DNA from: a virus | Direction: 5' to 3' (one strand) | Length of the DNA: 64,000 nucleotides | Virus record (IMG/VR): IMGVR_UViG_3300044449_000227 | Shown: positions 18,341 to 28,500 of the stretch, one piece after another | How the letters are laid out: every line of letters starts with the position of its first letter | How positions within the stretch are numbered: position 1 is the stretch's first letter | Notes under the pieces: generated by a model | Seen by the model: only the letters and a program-made list of their open reading frames with translations | The model's database searches: none | Told to the model about the DNA's origin: nothing | Program-made: the position numbers and the translations under genes

Positions 18341-18814
18341 ATGAGCGGGACGCGCACCGAGATCCGGCAGGCCGCCGTGGCCGCTCTGGAGGCCGCCGGC
18401 CTGGAGGTCGGCGGCCGGGCCTGCCGCGTCGATACCGGCCGCTACCTGCCCTACGGCAAGGACGACTTTCCCCTGGTCCTGGTGCACACGCGCCAGAGCT
18501 CGGAGGAGGTCGAGGACCACGACGGCGTCTATGCCGCCGTGACCGAGCTGACCGTCGAGGCCGCCGTGGCGATCGGCGCCATGCCCGGCGACGACGCCGC
18601 GGGCGAGACGGCCGTCGAGGCGCTGCTGGCGGCCGTGCGGGCGGCGGTCTTCGCGGACGCCGCGCTGGCCGCGCTGGTGCGCCAGATCCCGCGGGTGACC
18701 AGCACCATCGACGACCCGGAGATGTTCCTGCCGGACGGCCAGCCCCGCTTCGAGCGGCCGGTCCGCGAGGCGGTCATCGTCTTCGAGGTCGAGCACGAGA
18801 TCCCGGCCGACTGA
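18341..18814 (+). CDS. Tail terminator (gpU-like)
   Basis: RTEIRQAAVAAL...FPLVLVHT; directly before the tail tube gene. Confidence 0.7.
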   Translation: MSGTRTEIRQAAVAALEAAGLEVGGRACRVDTGRYLPYGKDDFPLVLVHTRQSSEEVEDHDGVYAAVTELTVEAAVAIGAMPGDDAAGETAVEALLAAVRAAVFADAALAALVRQIPRVTSTIDDPEMFLPDGQPRFERPVREAVIVFEVEHEIPAD

Positions 18815-18870
18815 GTCGCGCCTTCCCCCTGGCGCATCCGATGCGCCGCAAGCGAGAGGAGTAGAGGTCC

Positions 18871-19290
18871 ATGGCCAAGGAAAAGGGCCTGAACGTCCTG
18901 CTGAAGGTCGGCGACGGCGACGAGATGTCCGAGACCTTCACCACGCTCGACGGCCAGCGCAACACCACCTTCGCCGGCTCGTCGACGACGGCGAACACGA
19001 CCGACAAGAACAACGGCGGCTGGGAGACCGAGGAGCAGCTTACGCGCTCCGGCCAGGTCACCAGCGACGGGCAGTGCGTCTGGGGGGACACGCCCCTGCA
19101 GGATCTCCTGACCGCCTGGCGCACCGGCGCGCGGATCAACTGCGAGCTGGTGCTGAACGCCGCGGGCGACAAGTACGCCGGCAGCTTCAGCGTCACCAAC
19201 GCGCAGATCAGCGGGCCCTACAACGACATGACGAGCTACAGCTTCACGCTGTCGCCGACCGGGGCCCTGACTTTCACCGAAGGCGCCTGA
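18871..19290 (+). CDS. Major tail tube protein, TP901-1/GTA-like family
   Basis: KGLNVLLKVGDG, TTDKNNGGW and YSFTLSPTGAL. Confidence 0.9.
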   Translation: MAKEKGLNVLLKVGDGDEMSETFTTLDGQRNTTFAGSSTTANTTDKNNGGWETEEQLTRSGQVTSDGQCVWGDTPLQDLLTAWRTGARINCELVLNAAGDKYAGSFSVTNAQISGPYNDMTSYSFTLSPTGALTFTEGA

Positions 19291-19299
19291 GGCTAGCCC

Positions 19300-19713
19300 A
19301 TGACCGATGCACCGGAGGACCTGCCGGCGGCCAATCCGGCGAGGGGCGAGGCGCGCGTGTCGCTGCGCGGCGAAGGCGGCGGGCGGGTGAACATCCTGCT
19401 GCGGCCGACCTGGGGGCGCATCGTCGCCATCGAGGAAGAGACCGGGCGGGGCATCGTCGAGGTGGCCCGCGAGCTGCTGACCGGCGAGCCCAGCTTCCGG
19501 ACTTGCCTCGCGGTGCTGCGGCGCGCCCAGCACCCGGACGGCCACCGCAGCGTCGAGACGCTGGGCGCGCTGCTGCTGGCCAACGGCGTGCAGGACACCG
19601 AGCTTCTGCGAGGCCTGTCCACGGTGGCCCTGGCGGCGATCAACGGCGACCGCCGGACGCCCGGCGGGACGGGCGCCGGCGACGACCCGGGAAAAGCGAC
19701 GGCGGACGGCTAG
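19300..19713 (+). CDS. Tail assembly chaperone (G, GTA-gp10-like)
   Basis: NPARGEARV...LRPTWGRIVAIEE; ends just after the slippery G GGA AAA. Confidence 0.8.
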   Translation: MTDAPEDLPAANPARGEARVSLRGEGGGRVNILLRPTWGRIVAIEEETGRGIVEVARELLTGEPSFRTCLAVLRRAQHPDGHRSVETLGALLLANGVQDTELLRGLSTVALAAINGDRRTPGGTGAGDDPGKATADG

Positions 19714-19916
19714 ACCGCCACCCCGTCCGCCGCTACGCGCACATGGCGGCCAAGGCGCTGTCCTGGACGCCGGCCACCTTCTGGGCGTCGACGCCGACGG
19801 AGTTCTTCGACGCGCTGGTCGGGCCCGGCGACGAACCCGAGTGGGGCCGCGATCCCGACGGCACCGAGGACTTCGCGGCGTTCCGGGAGAGGCTGGAGCG
19901 TGCGGGCGTGGCCTAA
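19689..19916 (+). CDS. Tail assembly chaperone T segment (-1 frameshift extension)
   Basis: The -1 frame is open from the slippery site; ALSWTPATFWASTPTEF. Confidence 0.75.
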   Translation, partial: GKSDGGRLDRHPVRRYAHMAAKALSWTPATFWASTPTEFFDALVGPGDEPEWGRDPDGTEDFAAFRERLERAGVA

Positions 19917-20143
19917 GGCTTGCGGAGGCGGACGCCGGGGCCGCCGCCGTTCTCGGCGATGAAGGCCACGCCAGCGGCTTCGAGCGCGGATTGAATTGCC
20001 CGAACCGTGTTGGCGTGTCCGCCGCTGTGGGAGTTCTCGAACCGCGTGATCGTCATGGCGGAAACGCCAGCCAAGTTCGCAAGGTCGCGCACCCCTAGGC
20101 GCAGCGCGGCACGCGCCATTCGGCACTGGTCGGGTGTAATCAC
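19913..20143 (-). CDS. XRE-family HTH repressor
   Basis: ITPDQCRMARAALRLGVRDLANLAGVSAMTITRFE...LEAAGVAFIAENGGGPGVRL. Confidence 0.9.
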   Translation of the reverse strand: MITPDQCRMARAALRLGVRDLANLAGVSAMTITRFENSHSGGHANTVRAIQSALEAAGVAFIAENGGGPGVRLRKP

Positions 20144-20202
20144 CGTAAACAATCCTGTTGACGTGGTATCGATATTTAATCATGTTATCACCGTCAACAG
20201 AT
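20137..20202. promoter_or_regulatory. Divergent promoter/operator region
   Basis: AT-rich; inverted CTGTTGACG (20155-20163) / CGTCAACAG (20192-20200); direct repeat ATCACCGTMAACA. Confidence 0.6.
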
Positions 20203-20222
20203 TGGTGCACGGGGTTATCGCA

Positions 20223-20627
20223 ATGCTGAGCGCACACGACATGACGCGGCCTTCGACCTCTTCACCGGGCGCGGCGGCCTCCGCCTTGGGAGTGCACGGG
20301 CCGGCTTCGGCCGAGGTGCCGCGCCTGGCGGCGCGGCACGAGACGGCGCTGTGGCGCTTCGAGGCGGCGCGCGGCGCGAGCGACGCGGAGGTCGAGCGGC
20401 TGGCGGCCGGCGCCGAGCGGAGCCTGGCGGCGCTGCTGGCGGCGCTGGACGCGGGGGAGCCGGGCGACCCGGAGAGCGCGGCGCGCTGCCTGCGGCTGGC
20501 GGCCTTCTATGCCGCCGAGGCGCAGGACGCCGAGGCCGGCTTCGCGGACCGGCGCGACCTGCGCCTGATCGCGGCGGTGGCGCGCTGGCTGGAGACGGCG
20601 GCGGAGCAGAGGGGAGACGAGCGATGA
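20223..20627 (+). CDS. Hypothetical protein
   Basis: ORF divergent from the HTH gene; ATGA coupling to the antirepressor. Confidence 0.55.
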   Translation: MLSAHDMTRPSTSSPGAAASALGVHGPASAEVPRLAARHETALWRFEAARGASDAEVERLAAGAERSLAALLAALDAGEPGDPESAARCLRLAAFYAAEAQDAEAGFADRRDLRLIAAVARWLETAAEQRGDER

Positions 20628-21391
20628 GCGCGGTGGAGACGGAACTGGTCCCGGTGGCCTTTCACGGAGACACGGTCTGGGCGGTGGAGGACGCGGACGG
20701 CGTGTTCGTGCCGCTCAAGCCGATCTGCGAGAACCTGGGACTCAACTGGCGTTCGCAGTGGAACCGCCTTCGGCGTGATGAGGTGTTGTCCGAAGGTGTC
20801 GTCGTCATGACGACACCTTCACCCGGCGGGGCGCAAGAATCGACCTGCCTGCCGCTCGAGCTGCTGCCCGGCTGGCTGTTCGGGGTGGACGTCAACCGGG
20901 TCAAGCCGGAGATCCGGGACAAGCTGCGGACCTACCGGGCCGAGTGCTTCAAGGTGCTGTGGGCGCACTTCCGCGGCCGGGTCGAGACGGCGGCCGAGGT
21001 GGCCGCCGGCGAGCGGCCGGCGGCTGTGGCGAGCGACTACGGCAACGAGGCGGAGTGGCGCCTCTGGCTGGAGGTGGTGCGCACGGCGCAGCGGGTGCGC
21101 GGCCGCCGGGCGGCGAAGGCGATCTGGGACCGCTCGCCCCTGCCGCGCGAGCCGGGCGCCGCCGCCGTGCAGGACGTCAGCGACGTGGCGCGCTTCGTGC
21201 GCGAGGCCGTGCGTGCCGAGGCGGGGGCGCGGGTTCAGGCGAGCGACCTCTACGCCGCCTACTGCGCCTGGTGCGCGGGCCAGGACGAAACCCCGGCCAC
21301 GCAGGCCGGCTTCGGCCGGGCGCTCGGCGAGCTCGGCGTCGGCAAGGTCAAGGCCGGCGGCCGGATGGTCTACGAGGGCGTGGCGGTCTAG
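20624..21391 (+). CDS. P22 Ant-N-type antirepressor with C-terminal D5/P4-type winged helix
   Basis: VPLKPICENLGLNW...CLPLELLPGWLFGVDVNRVKPEIR; C-terminal VQASDLYAAYCAWC...FGRAL...MVYEG. Confidence 0.85.
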   Translation: MSAVETELVPVAFHGDTVWAVEDADGVFVPLKPICENLGLNWRSQWNRLRRDEVLSEGVVVMTTPSPGGAQESTCLPLELLPGWLFGVDVNRVKPEIRDKLRTYRAECFKVLWAHFRGRVETAAEVAAGERPAAVASDYGNEAEWRLWLEVVRTAQRVRGRRAAKAIWDRSPLPREPGAAAVQDVSDVARFVREAVRAEAGARVQASDLYAAYCAWCAGQDETPATQAGFGRALGELGVGKVKAGGRMVYEGVAV

Positions 21392-22008
21392 GAGTCCGCC
21401 TTGCGTTCTGCGAGGTGGACGACCTCGCGCACAAGCACCTTGTACATGGGGTCCCGCTCGACAGGATCGTCCGGGTCGTCGCGGGCGGCCCGGTCCGCGA
21501 TCTCGGTAAAGGCCTCGTCCTCCAGGACGAGCGCGAGCACCGGCCGGACGGCGCTCGGTCCCGGGCGCTCCCACGCGAATTCGTCCTTCAACAGGCGCTC
21601 GGCGAAGAGGTAGCGGCCGATCAGGCGGCTTGCTTCTTCCTTGCTCGCATCGTTGCCGACCGCGACACCATGGCTCTCAAGGAAGGCGGCTTGTCGCGGC
21701 GTCATGGTGCCGGGCCGGCCAATGCGGCCTGTCGGGAAAGACTTTCGAGAGTCACTGGGCGGCGGTAGTGGCGCTACCGCTGCGGCCGACCTCGACCTTG
21801 CGGTGGCCCTAGATTCCATCTCTTGCCGAGCGGCGTCCTCCCGCCGCTGTTTCTCGGCGAGATCCTCCATGACCAGCACGGCAAGCAAGGCGAAGACGCC
21901 GAAGATCAGGCCCAACAGGAACCACGCGCCGCCGCTGCGGCCGCGCTTGTTGGCGGCGAGCGCGGCGAGGATCGCACACGCGAACCACACGAAGACGAAC
22001 AAACCCAT
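21388..22008 (-). CDS. Membrane protein (two N-terminal TM helices)
   Basis: GGAGG RBS; FVFVWFACAILAALAANKRGRSGGAWFLLGLIFGVFALLAVLV. Confidence 0.8.
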   Translation of the reverse strand: MGLFVFVWFACAILAALAANKRGRSGGAWFLLGLIFGVFALLAVLVMEDLAEKQRREDAARQEMESRATARSRSAAAVAPLPPPSDSRKSFPTGRIGRPGTMTPRQAAFLESHGVAVGNDASKEEASRLIGRYLFAERLLKDEFAWERPGPSAVRPVLALVLEDEAFTEIADRAARDDPDDPVERDPMYKVLVREVVHLAERKADS

Positions 22009-22069
22009 CAATGCCTCCCCTGGTTGATCGGCGGGAGCATACGACAACAGCAGGTTTGAAGAGAACGGC

Positions 22070-24196
22070 ATGGCGCGCAAGGAAATCGCCGAGCTGCTCG
22101 TTCGCCTGGACGCGCAGACGCAGGAGCTGAACGCCGGGCTGTCGTCGGCCCGGCGTGAACTCCGGGAGTTCGACCGCAACGTCGAGCGCGACCTGGGCTC
22201 GATCCGCAACCGCTTCGAGCGGACGGGCGAGGTCATCCGCAAGTCCATGCTGATCTTCAGCGCCGCGGGCGGTGTGGCGGGGCTTCAGCAGGGCGTGCGC
22301 AACATCGTCGGCGACGCGGCGGCGCTGCAGGACACGGCCGACCAGATCGGGGTGAACGTCGAGGCGCTGCAGCGGCTGCGCTTCGTCGCCTCGCAGAACG
22401 GCAGCTCCGCCCGCGAACTCGACGACGCGCTCCGGCGCCTGACCCGGCGCGCGGGCCTCTTCGCCCAGGACGGCGGCGGCCCGGCCGCCAAGGCCATCGA
22501 GGAGCTGGGGCTGCAGGTGACCGACGCCTCCGGGAAGGTGCGAAGCGCCGAGGCCATCTTCTACGACGCCGTCTCCGCGATGGAGAGCGTCGAGTCACAG
22601 GCCGAACTCTCGGCGCTGGCGTCTCAGCTCTTCGGCGAGGACGCCGGCCCGAAGCTGCTGCAGGTCCTGCGCCTCGGCATCCAGGGCATGCAGGAGAGCG
22701 CCGCCGAGGCGGAGGTGCTGCGCGAGGAGATGACGCGCGCGGCGCAGGAGATCAACGACGACTTCGACGCCCTGATCGACACCATCTCCGTGCGCTTCAA
22801 GTCGGCCGTGCTGGAAACCGTCTCGGCGGTGCGGCAGATCTCCCTGACCGGCGACAGCTACATCTTCGATCCGCGCAAGCTGGAGGAGAACCGGGCGCAG
22901 GTCAAAGCGCTGGAGCAGCAGCTCGCGGCCCTGGACATGCCGGCTGGACGCGCGCGCACGCGCGCGCAGCAAGAAATCCAGGCGCAGATAGATGCGCGGC
23001 GCGCCTTGGATCCGCAAGCCCGGCTGCGGGAAATCGACCGCGAGGTCGAGCGCCTGCAGCGCGGCGGGTCGGGTCAGATGGGCCGCGCATCGCAGTCTGC
23101 CATAGCGCGGCTCGAGGAAGAGGCGCGCGAGCTGCGCGCCGAGTTGGAAAAGGCGCGCCTGGAGCTGGAGTCCATCGAAGGCGCAGCGGCCGCCGGCGGC
23201 GAGAGAACCCGCGGCCAGGCGGCCAAGCGCCTGATCTCGCAGGTGACCGGCGAGGAGGTGGACTCGGGCGACTTCACGGCGACCATCCGGGGCGGCGCCG
23301 AGGAGTCCAAGGCCGCTGCGGCGGCCAAGGACGAACAGGCCGAGGCGACCTGGCGCGCGCTGCGGGCGAGCGAAAAGCACCGCGAGGCCCTGGCGCAGGA
23401 GGCGGAGACGATCCGCAACCAGGTGCTGCTGCCGGTCGAGCGCTACGTCGCCGAGGTCCGCCGGCTGAACGAGTTGCGCGCCGCCGGCGTGATCTCCGAG
23501 CTGGAGCACCAGCGCGCGGTCGCCGAGGCGAAGGAAACCTACGAAGGCGCGGCCAGGGCGGCGGAGACGTTGGCCAAGGAGAGCGGCGCGGCGGACGAGG
23601 CGGCCAAGGCGCTCGGCGACGACCTGCGCACCATCGGCACGATCGCGGCCGACGGCTTCGGCCGGGCGGTGCTGGAGGCGCGCTCGCTGAGCGAGGCCGT
23701 GCAGGACGTCTCGCGCCGCCTCGCCGAGCTGGCGATCGACCGCTCGACGAACGCGCTCTTCGGGGCGCTGTTCAACACCGGGGGCTCGCTGCTGTCCGGG
23801 CTCTTCAGCGGCGGCGGGTCGGCGGGCAGCGGCGTGGTCACGACCGCGGCGACCGTCGGCATCCCGGCCAGCATGCGCGCCGGAGGCGGGCCGGTGCGCG
23901 CGGGCATGCCCTACGTGGTCGGCGAGAAGCGCCCGGAGATCTTCGTGCCGCGCAGCGACGGGACGATCCTGCCCGACGCCGGCGCGGTCGGCCGGGGCGA
24001 GGTGAACGTCACGGTGAACAACTACGGCGACAGTCAGGTCGAGGTGCGCGAGAGCCGGCGCGCGGACGGCGGCGCCGACCTGGAGATCATGGTGGACCGG
24101 GCGGCCGCCAGGGCGGTCAACCGGCCGGCGTCGCAGACCGGGCGGGCCCTGCGCGGGACCTACGGCGCGAGCCGCCGGCTGACGGGACGCGCCTGA
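22070..24196 (+). CDS. Tape measure protein
   Basis: LLVRLDAQT start, long Ala/Glu-rich helical body, C-terminal GGPVRAGMPYVVGEKRPEIFVP. Confidence 0.92.
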   Translation: MARKEIAELLVRLDAQTQELNAGLSSARRELREFDRNVERDLGSIRNRFERTGEVIRKSMLIFSAAGGVAGLQQGVRNIVGDAAALQDTADQIGVNVEALQRLRFVASQNGSSARELDDALRRLTRRAGLFAQDGGGPAAKAIEELGLQVTDASGKVRSAEAIFYDAVSAMESVESQAELSALASQLFGEDAGPKLLQVLRLGIQGMQESAAEAEVLREEMTRAAQEINDDFDALIDTISVRFKSAVLETVSAVRQISLTGDSYIFDPRKLEENRAQVKALEQQLAALDMPAGRARTRAQQEIQAQIDARRALDPQARLREIDREVERLQRGGSGQMGRASQSAIARLEEEARELRAELEKARLELESIEGAAAAGGERTRGQAAKRLISQVTGEEVDSGDFTATIRGGAEESKAAAAAKDEQAEATWRALRASEKHREALAQEAETIRNQVLLPVERYVAEVRRLNELRAAGVISELEHQRAVAEAKETYEGAARAAETLAKESGAADEAAKALGDDLRTIGTIAADGFGRAVLEARSLSEAVQDVSRRLAELAIDRSTNALFGALFNTGGSLLSGLFSGGGSAGSGVVTTAATVGIPASMRAGGGPVRAGMPYVVGEKRPEIFVPRSDGTILPDAGAVGRGEVNVTVNNYGDSQVEVRESRRADGGADLEIMVDRAAARAVNRPASQTGRALRGTYGASRRLTGRA

Positions 24197-24197
24197 C

Positions 24198-24557
24198 ATG
24201 GCCCTGCCGAGCCTCACCTGGCCGGCGTCGCTGCCGGCGCCGCTGCTGGACGGCTATCAGGAAACCGAGCCGGACCTGGTGCTGCGCACCGAGATGGAGG
24301 TCGGCCCGGCCAAGGTCCGCCGCCGCGCGGAGAAGGGCGTCTGGCGGGTGGCCTTCGAGCTGCACCTCACGGCCGCGCAGAAGGGCGCGCTTCGCGACTT
24401 CTACCGCGGCTCCGCCGGCGGCGGGGCCGTGCCCTTCGCCTGGACCGACGTCGAGACCGGGACCGGCTACGCCGCGCGCTTCGTCGGCCCGCCCGTGTTC
24501 CGGCAGCTCGGCGTGCGCTACCGCGCCCAGATCGAGCTGGAGATCCTGCCGCAATGA
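24198..24557 (+). CDS. Distal/minor tail protein (gpM-like)
   Basis: TWPASLP...RTEMEVGPAKVRRR...FAWTD. Confidence 0.8.
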   Translation: MALPSLTWPASLPAPLLDGYQETEPDLVLRTEMEVGPAKVRRRAEKGVWRVAFELHLTAAQKGALRDFYRGSAGGGAVPFAWTDVETGTGYAARFVGPPVFRQLGVRYRAQIELEILPQ

Positions 24558-24605
24558 CCGGCGCCGCAATGACCGGGGCCGCAGTGAGGGGGCCGCAATG
24601 ACCCG
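24548..24605 (+). repeat. Four tandem 14-15-bp repeats GCCGCAATGACCGG
   Basis: Units start at 24548, 24563, 24578 and 24592. Confidence 0.85.
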
Positions 24606-25071
24606 GACGACCTCGGCCGCGGCCGCGGCGGCCATGATGGCGCAGGAGACGGACGAGGGGTTCGTCGTCCTGCTGACCCTCGAGCACGAGGCCCTGTCGG
24701 AGCCCGTCCGCGTGGCGCAGTGGGACGTGGACGTGGTCAGCGCGGGCGAGACCTATATCGCCTTCCCCTTCCGGCTGGAGCTGCCCGACGACACCGAGGA
24801 GGCGACGCCGCGGGCCAGGCTGGAGCTGGACAACGTCGACCGCCGCATCGTGGAGGCCGTGCGCCTGATGAGCAGCCCGGCGCGCGTCACGATCCGCGTG
24901 GTGCTCTGGAGCGACCCGGACAGCGTGGAGGTCGAACAGAGCGGCTTCGTCCTGCGCAACGTCGACTACGACGCGCTGACCGTGCGCGGCGACCTCTACC
25001 TGGAGCACTACGAGGACGAACCCTATCCCGCCGGCATCTTCTCGCCGGGCGGCTTTCCGGGGCTGTTCTGA
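24598..25071 (+). CDS. DUF1833-like tail protein (gpL-like)
   Basis: LLTLEH...YIAFPFRLELP...LDNVDRRI...FSPGGFPGLF. Confidence 0.85.
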   Translation: MTRTTSAAAAAAMMAQETDEGFVVLLTLEHEALSEPVRVAQWDVDVVSAGETYIAFPFRLELPDDTEEATPRARLELDNVDRRIVEAVRLMSSPARVTIRVVLWSDPDSVEVEQSGFVLRNVDYDALTVRGDLYLEHYEDEPYPAGIFSPGGFPGLF

Positions 25072-25072
25072 G

Positions 25073-25561
25073 ATGCCGCGGCGCGCGCAGGAGCGCGACG
25101 TGCCCTCCTGGGTGGCGGACTACCTCGCCATTCCCTTCGCGCACCGGGGGCGCGACCGCTCCGGCTGCGACTGCTGGGGGCTGGCGCGCCTGGTCTGGCG
25201 CGAGCGTTGCGGCCTGGAGCTGCCGGAGGGTGCCGGCTACGCGAGCGCGCACGACGCCGCGCGCGTCGGCGCGGTCATCGAGCGGGGCCTGACGGAGGAC
25301 TGGCAGGCCGTGGCGGCCAGCGCGGAGCGGCCCCTGGACGGCGTGCTGCTGACCGGGATCGTCGGCCAGGGGCGGGCGCTGCAGCGCGCGGCCATGCACG
25401 TCGGCGTGGTGGTCGCGCCCGGATGGCTGCTGCACATCGGCGAGGGCGCCGGGGTGACGGTCGAGGGCTACGGTCCGGGCGGCCGGATGCGCCGCCGGGT
25501 CGTCGGTTTCTACCGGCACCGGGCCCTGGCCGGGTCGCCGGCCGAGGGAGCTTCGGCATGA
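25073..25561 (+). CDS. NlpC/P60 tail-associated peptidase (gpK-like)
   Basis: YLAIPF...GCDCWGL...HVGVV...LLH. Confidence 0.9.
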   Translation: MPRRAQERDVPSWVADYLAIPFAHRGRDRSGCDCWGLARLVWRERCGLELPEGAGYASAHDAARVGAVIERGLTEDWQAVAASAERPLDGVLLTGIVGQGRALQRAAMHVGVVVAPGWLLHIGEGAGVTVEGYGPGGRMRRRVVGFYRHRALAGSPAEGASA

Positions 25562-28500
25562 CGGGTGCGCTTTCGGACCGGGCCTTTTCGGGCGAGATCC
25601 TCGCGCCGGGGGAGGGGGCCGTCGCGGCGACGGTGGTCGCCCGCCCCTTCGCGGCGACGCCGCAGACCCTGGAGTTGCCGGCCGGCCTCAGCCTGCGGGA
25701 GATGCTGGAGCTGACGGTGACCGACGCGGTGGCCCGGCGTCATGCCTGGATCGCGGTCGGCGGCGAGACGGTGCCGCCCGAGGCCTGGTCGCGGGTCCGC
25801 CCGAAGGCCGGCACCTCGGTCGCGATCCGGGTCCTGCCGGCGGGCGGCGGCGGCAGCGGCGGCGGCAAGAGCGTCCTGACTGTGGTGGTCGCCATCGCCG
25901 TCGTCGCGGCCAGCATCGCGCTGCCCGTGCTCCTGCCGGCCGCGCTGCCGGGCGCCCTCGGGGCGGCGGGCCTGACCTGGGGCACGGTCGCCGCCTTCGG
26001 CGTCTCGGTGGTCGGCGGGCTGCTGCTCAACGCCCTGGCGCCGCCGCCGCCGCAGCTCGGCCGCAGCGGGACGCTGGCCGCGTCGAGCGGGCCGGGCGGC
26101 GACCAGACGCCCAGCTACAGCGTCTCGGCCGGGCGCAACGGCTACAGCCTCTACGGCGCGATCCCGCGGGTCTTCGGGCGGCATCGCATCTACCCGCCGG
26201 CGGCGGCGCGCAGCTATACCGAGATCCGCGGCAACGACCAGTTCCTGGTGATGCTGGTCTGTTGGGGATACGGGCCGCTGCAGATCGAGGACCTGCGCAT
26301 CGGCGAGACGCCGGTGGCCGACTACGACGACGTGCAGGTCGAGACGCGGCAGGGGTGGCTGGACGACTCGCCGCTCGGGCTCTTCCGCAACGTGATCCTC
26401 GAGGAGTCGCTCTCGATCGACCTGAACTCCTCCGGCGGGCGCGACGAAACGGGCGACGCCCAGGTGCCGGAGGACATCGCCTGGACCGAGCGCACCACGG
26501 AGCCGGACATCGACGCCATCAGCGTCGACGTCGTCTGTCCGCGCGGCCTCTACTGGGTCGACGCGGAGGGCGACTACCGGCCCGCCCGCCTGGTCGTCTA
26601 CGTCCAGTACCGCGCGCTCGGCGGCGGGTGGCAGTCGGTCGAGAGCTTCAACTTCGGCGAAAACCGCCAGACGGCCGTGCGGCATTCGCGCTCCTGGTCG
26701 GTGCCCCGTGGGCAGTACGAGGTGCGGCTGGCCTGGGCGCAGACGGGGAACCTCGACGAAGGCGAGGTGCGCACCCTGGTCGACACCGCGGTCTGGAGCG
26801 CGCTGCGCAGCGTCCGCAGCGTCAACCCCGTCACCTACAAGGGGCTCGCCCTGACCGCGCTGCGGGTGAAGGCGAGCGAAGAGATCCAGGGCGCCATCGA
26901 CAGCGTCAACGCCGTGGTGACCTCGATCCTGCCGGACTGGGACGGCAGCGCCTGGACCGTCCGCCCGACCCGCAACCCGGCCGCGGCGATGCGGGCCGTG
27001 CTGACGGAGAACCGTCACGGCTCGGTGGCGCCGCCGCGCGCGCGCGCCAACGCGACGCCGGTCCCCGTGGCGCGCGTCGACGACGACAGCCTCACGGCGT
27101 TCCACGAGGCCTGCGCCGACGAAGGCTGGACCTTCGACTACGTGCTGGCCGAGCGCACGAGCGTCTGGTCGATGCTGCGGATGGCCTGCGCCGCCGGGCG
27201 CGCGGCGCCGCAGATCCTCGACAGCCGCTGGCGCGTGGTGATGGACCGGGCCGGCGGCGCGCCGGTCCAGCACTTCACGCCGCGCAACTCCTGGGGCTTT
27301 TCCAGCGAGAAGGCCTTCGCCGACCTGCCGCACGCCTTCCGGGTCCGCTTCGCGAACGAGCTGGAGGACTGGCAGGACGACGAGCGCTTCGTCTACGCGG
27401 ACCACTACGACGCCGACAGCGCCACGATCTTCGAGGAGCTGGACCTGCCGGGCACGACGCACCCGGACAAGGTCTGGCAGCTCGGGCGCTACCACCTCGC
27501 GAGCGCCATCCTGCGGCCGGAGATGTACTCCTGGTACGCCGACGTCGAGCACCTGGTCTGCGTCCGCGGCTCGCTGGTCCGCGTGACCCACGACGCGATG
27601 CTGGCCGGGCAGGGCGCGGCGCGCGTGATCGGCCTGGACCTCGATACCGAGGACCGGGTCACGGCCGTCACGATCGACAACCGGCTGCTGGCGGAGGCGG
27701 GCAAGAGCTACATGCTGGCCCTGCGCGACGCGCAGGGCGAATGCCACACCTTCGGCCTGGCGAACGGGGCCGGCACCTGGGAGGTCCTGACCCTGGCGAC
27801 GCCGGTGCCGCAGGCCTCGGCGCCCGCCGTGGGCGACCTGGTCGCCTATGGCGAGTCCGAGCGCGTGTGGCTGGACCTGCGGGTCCGGGAGATCCGGCCG
27901 GGCAAGGATCTGACGGCGCGCATCCTGGCGGTCGACGACGCGCCGCAGGTGCACGAGGCGCACACCGGCGCGATCCCGCCCTACGACCCGCACCTCTCGC
28001 CGCGGTTGGTCGACCTGACGCCGCCGACGCCGCAGATCGCCGGCATCGAGTCCGGCGAGGCGGTGCTGGTGCGGGACGGCCAGGGCGTGCTGCAGCCGCG
28101 GGTCGTGGTCGCCTACGTCATGCCGAGCGGCTACGTGACCCTGATCACCGACGTCGAGCTGCAGGCGCGCGCGGCGGGGACGGACAGTCCCTTCTTCCGC
28201 GTCCGCGAACTCGTCGGCGACGGCGTCGTCGCCTTCGGCGGCGTGCGCGAGGGCGAGGCCATCGAGCTGCGGCTGCGCTTCCACGCGCCGCGCGGGCCCG
28301 GTCCCTGGACCGCCTGGACCCCGCACACGGTGATCGGCCAGACCAGTCTGCCGCCGGACGTCGCCAGCCTGCGCGTCGAGAACGGCGTGCTGCGCGGCAG
28401 CTACCCGAACCCGCCGCTCGACCTGGCCGGCTTCCGCCTGCGCTTCCGCGCCGGCAACGACCGGCGCTGGGCGGACGCCTCGGCGGCGCACGACGGCCTG

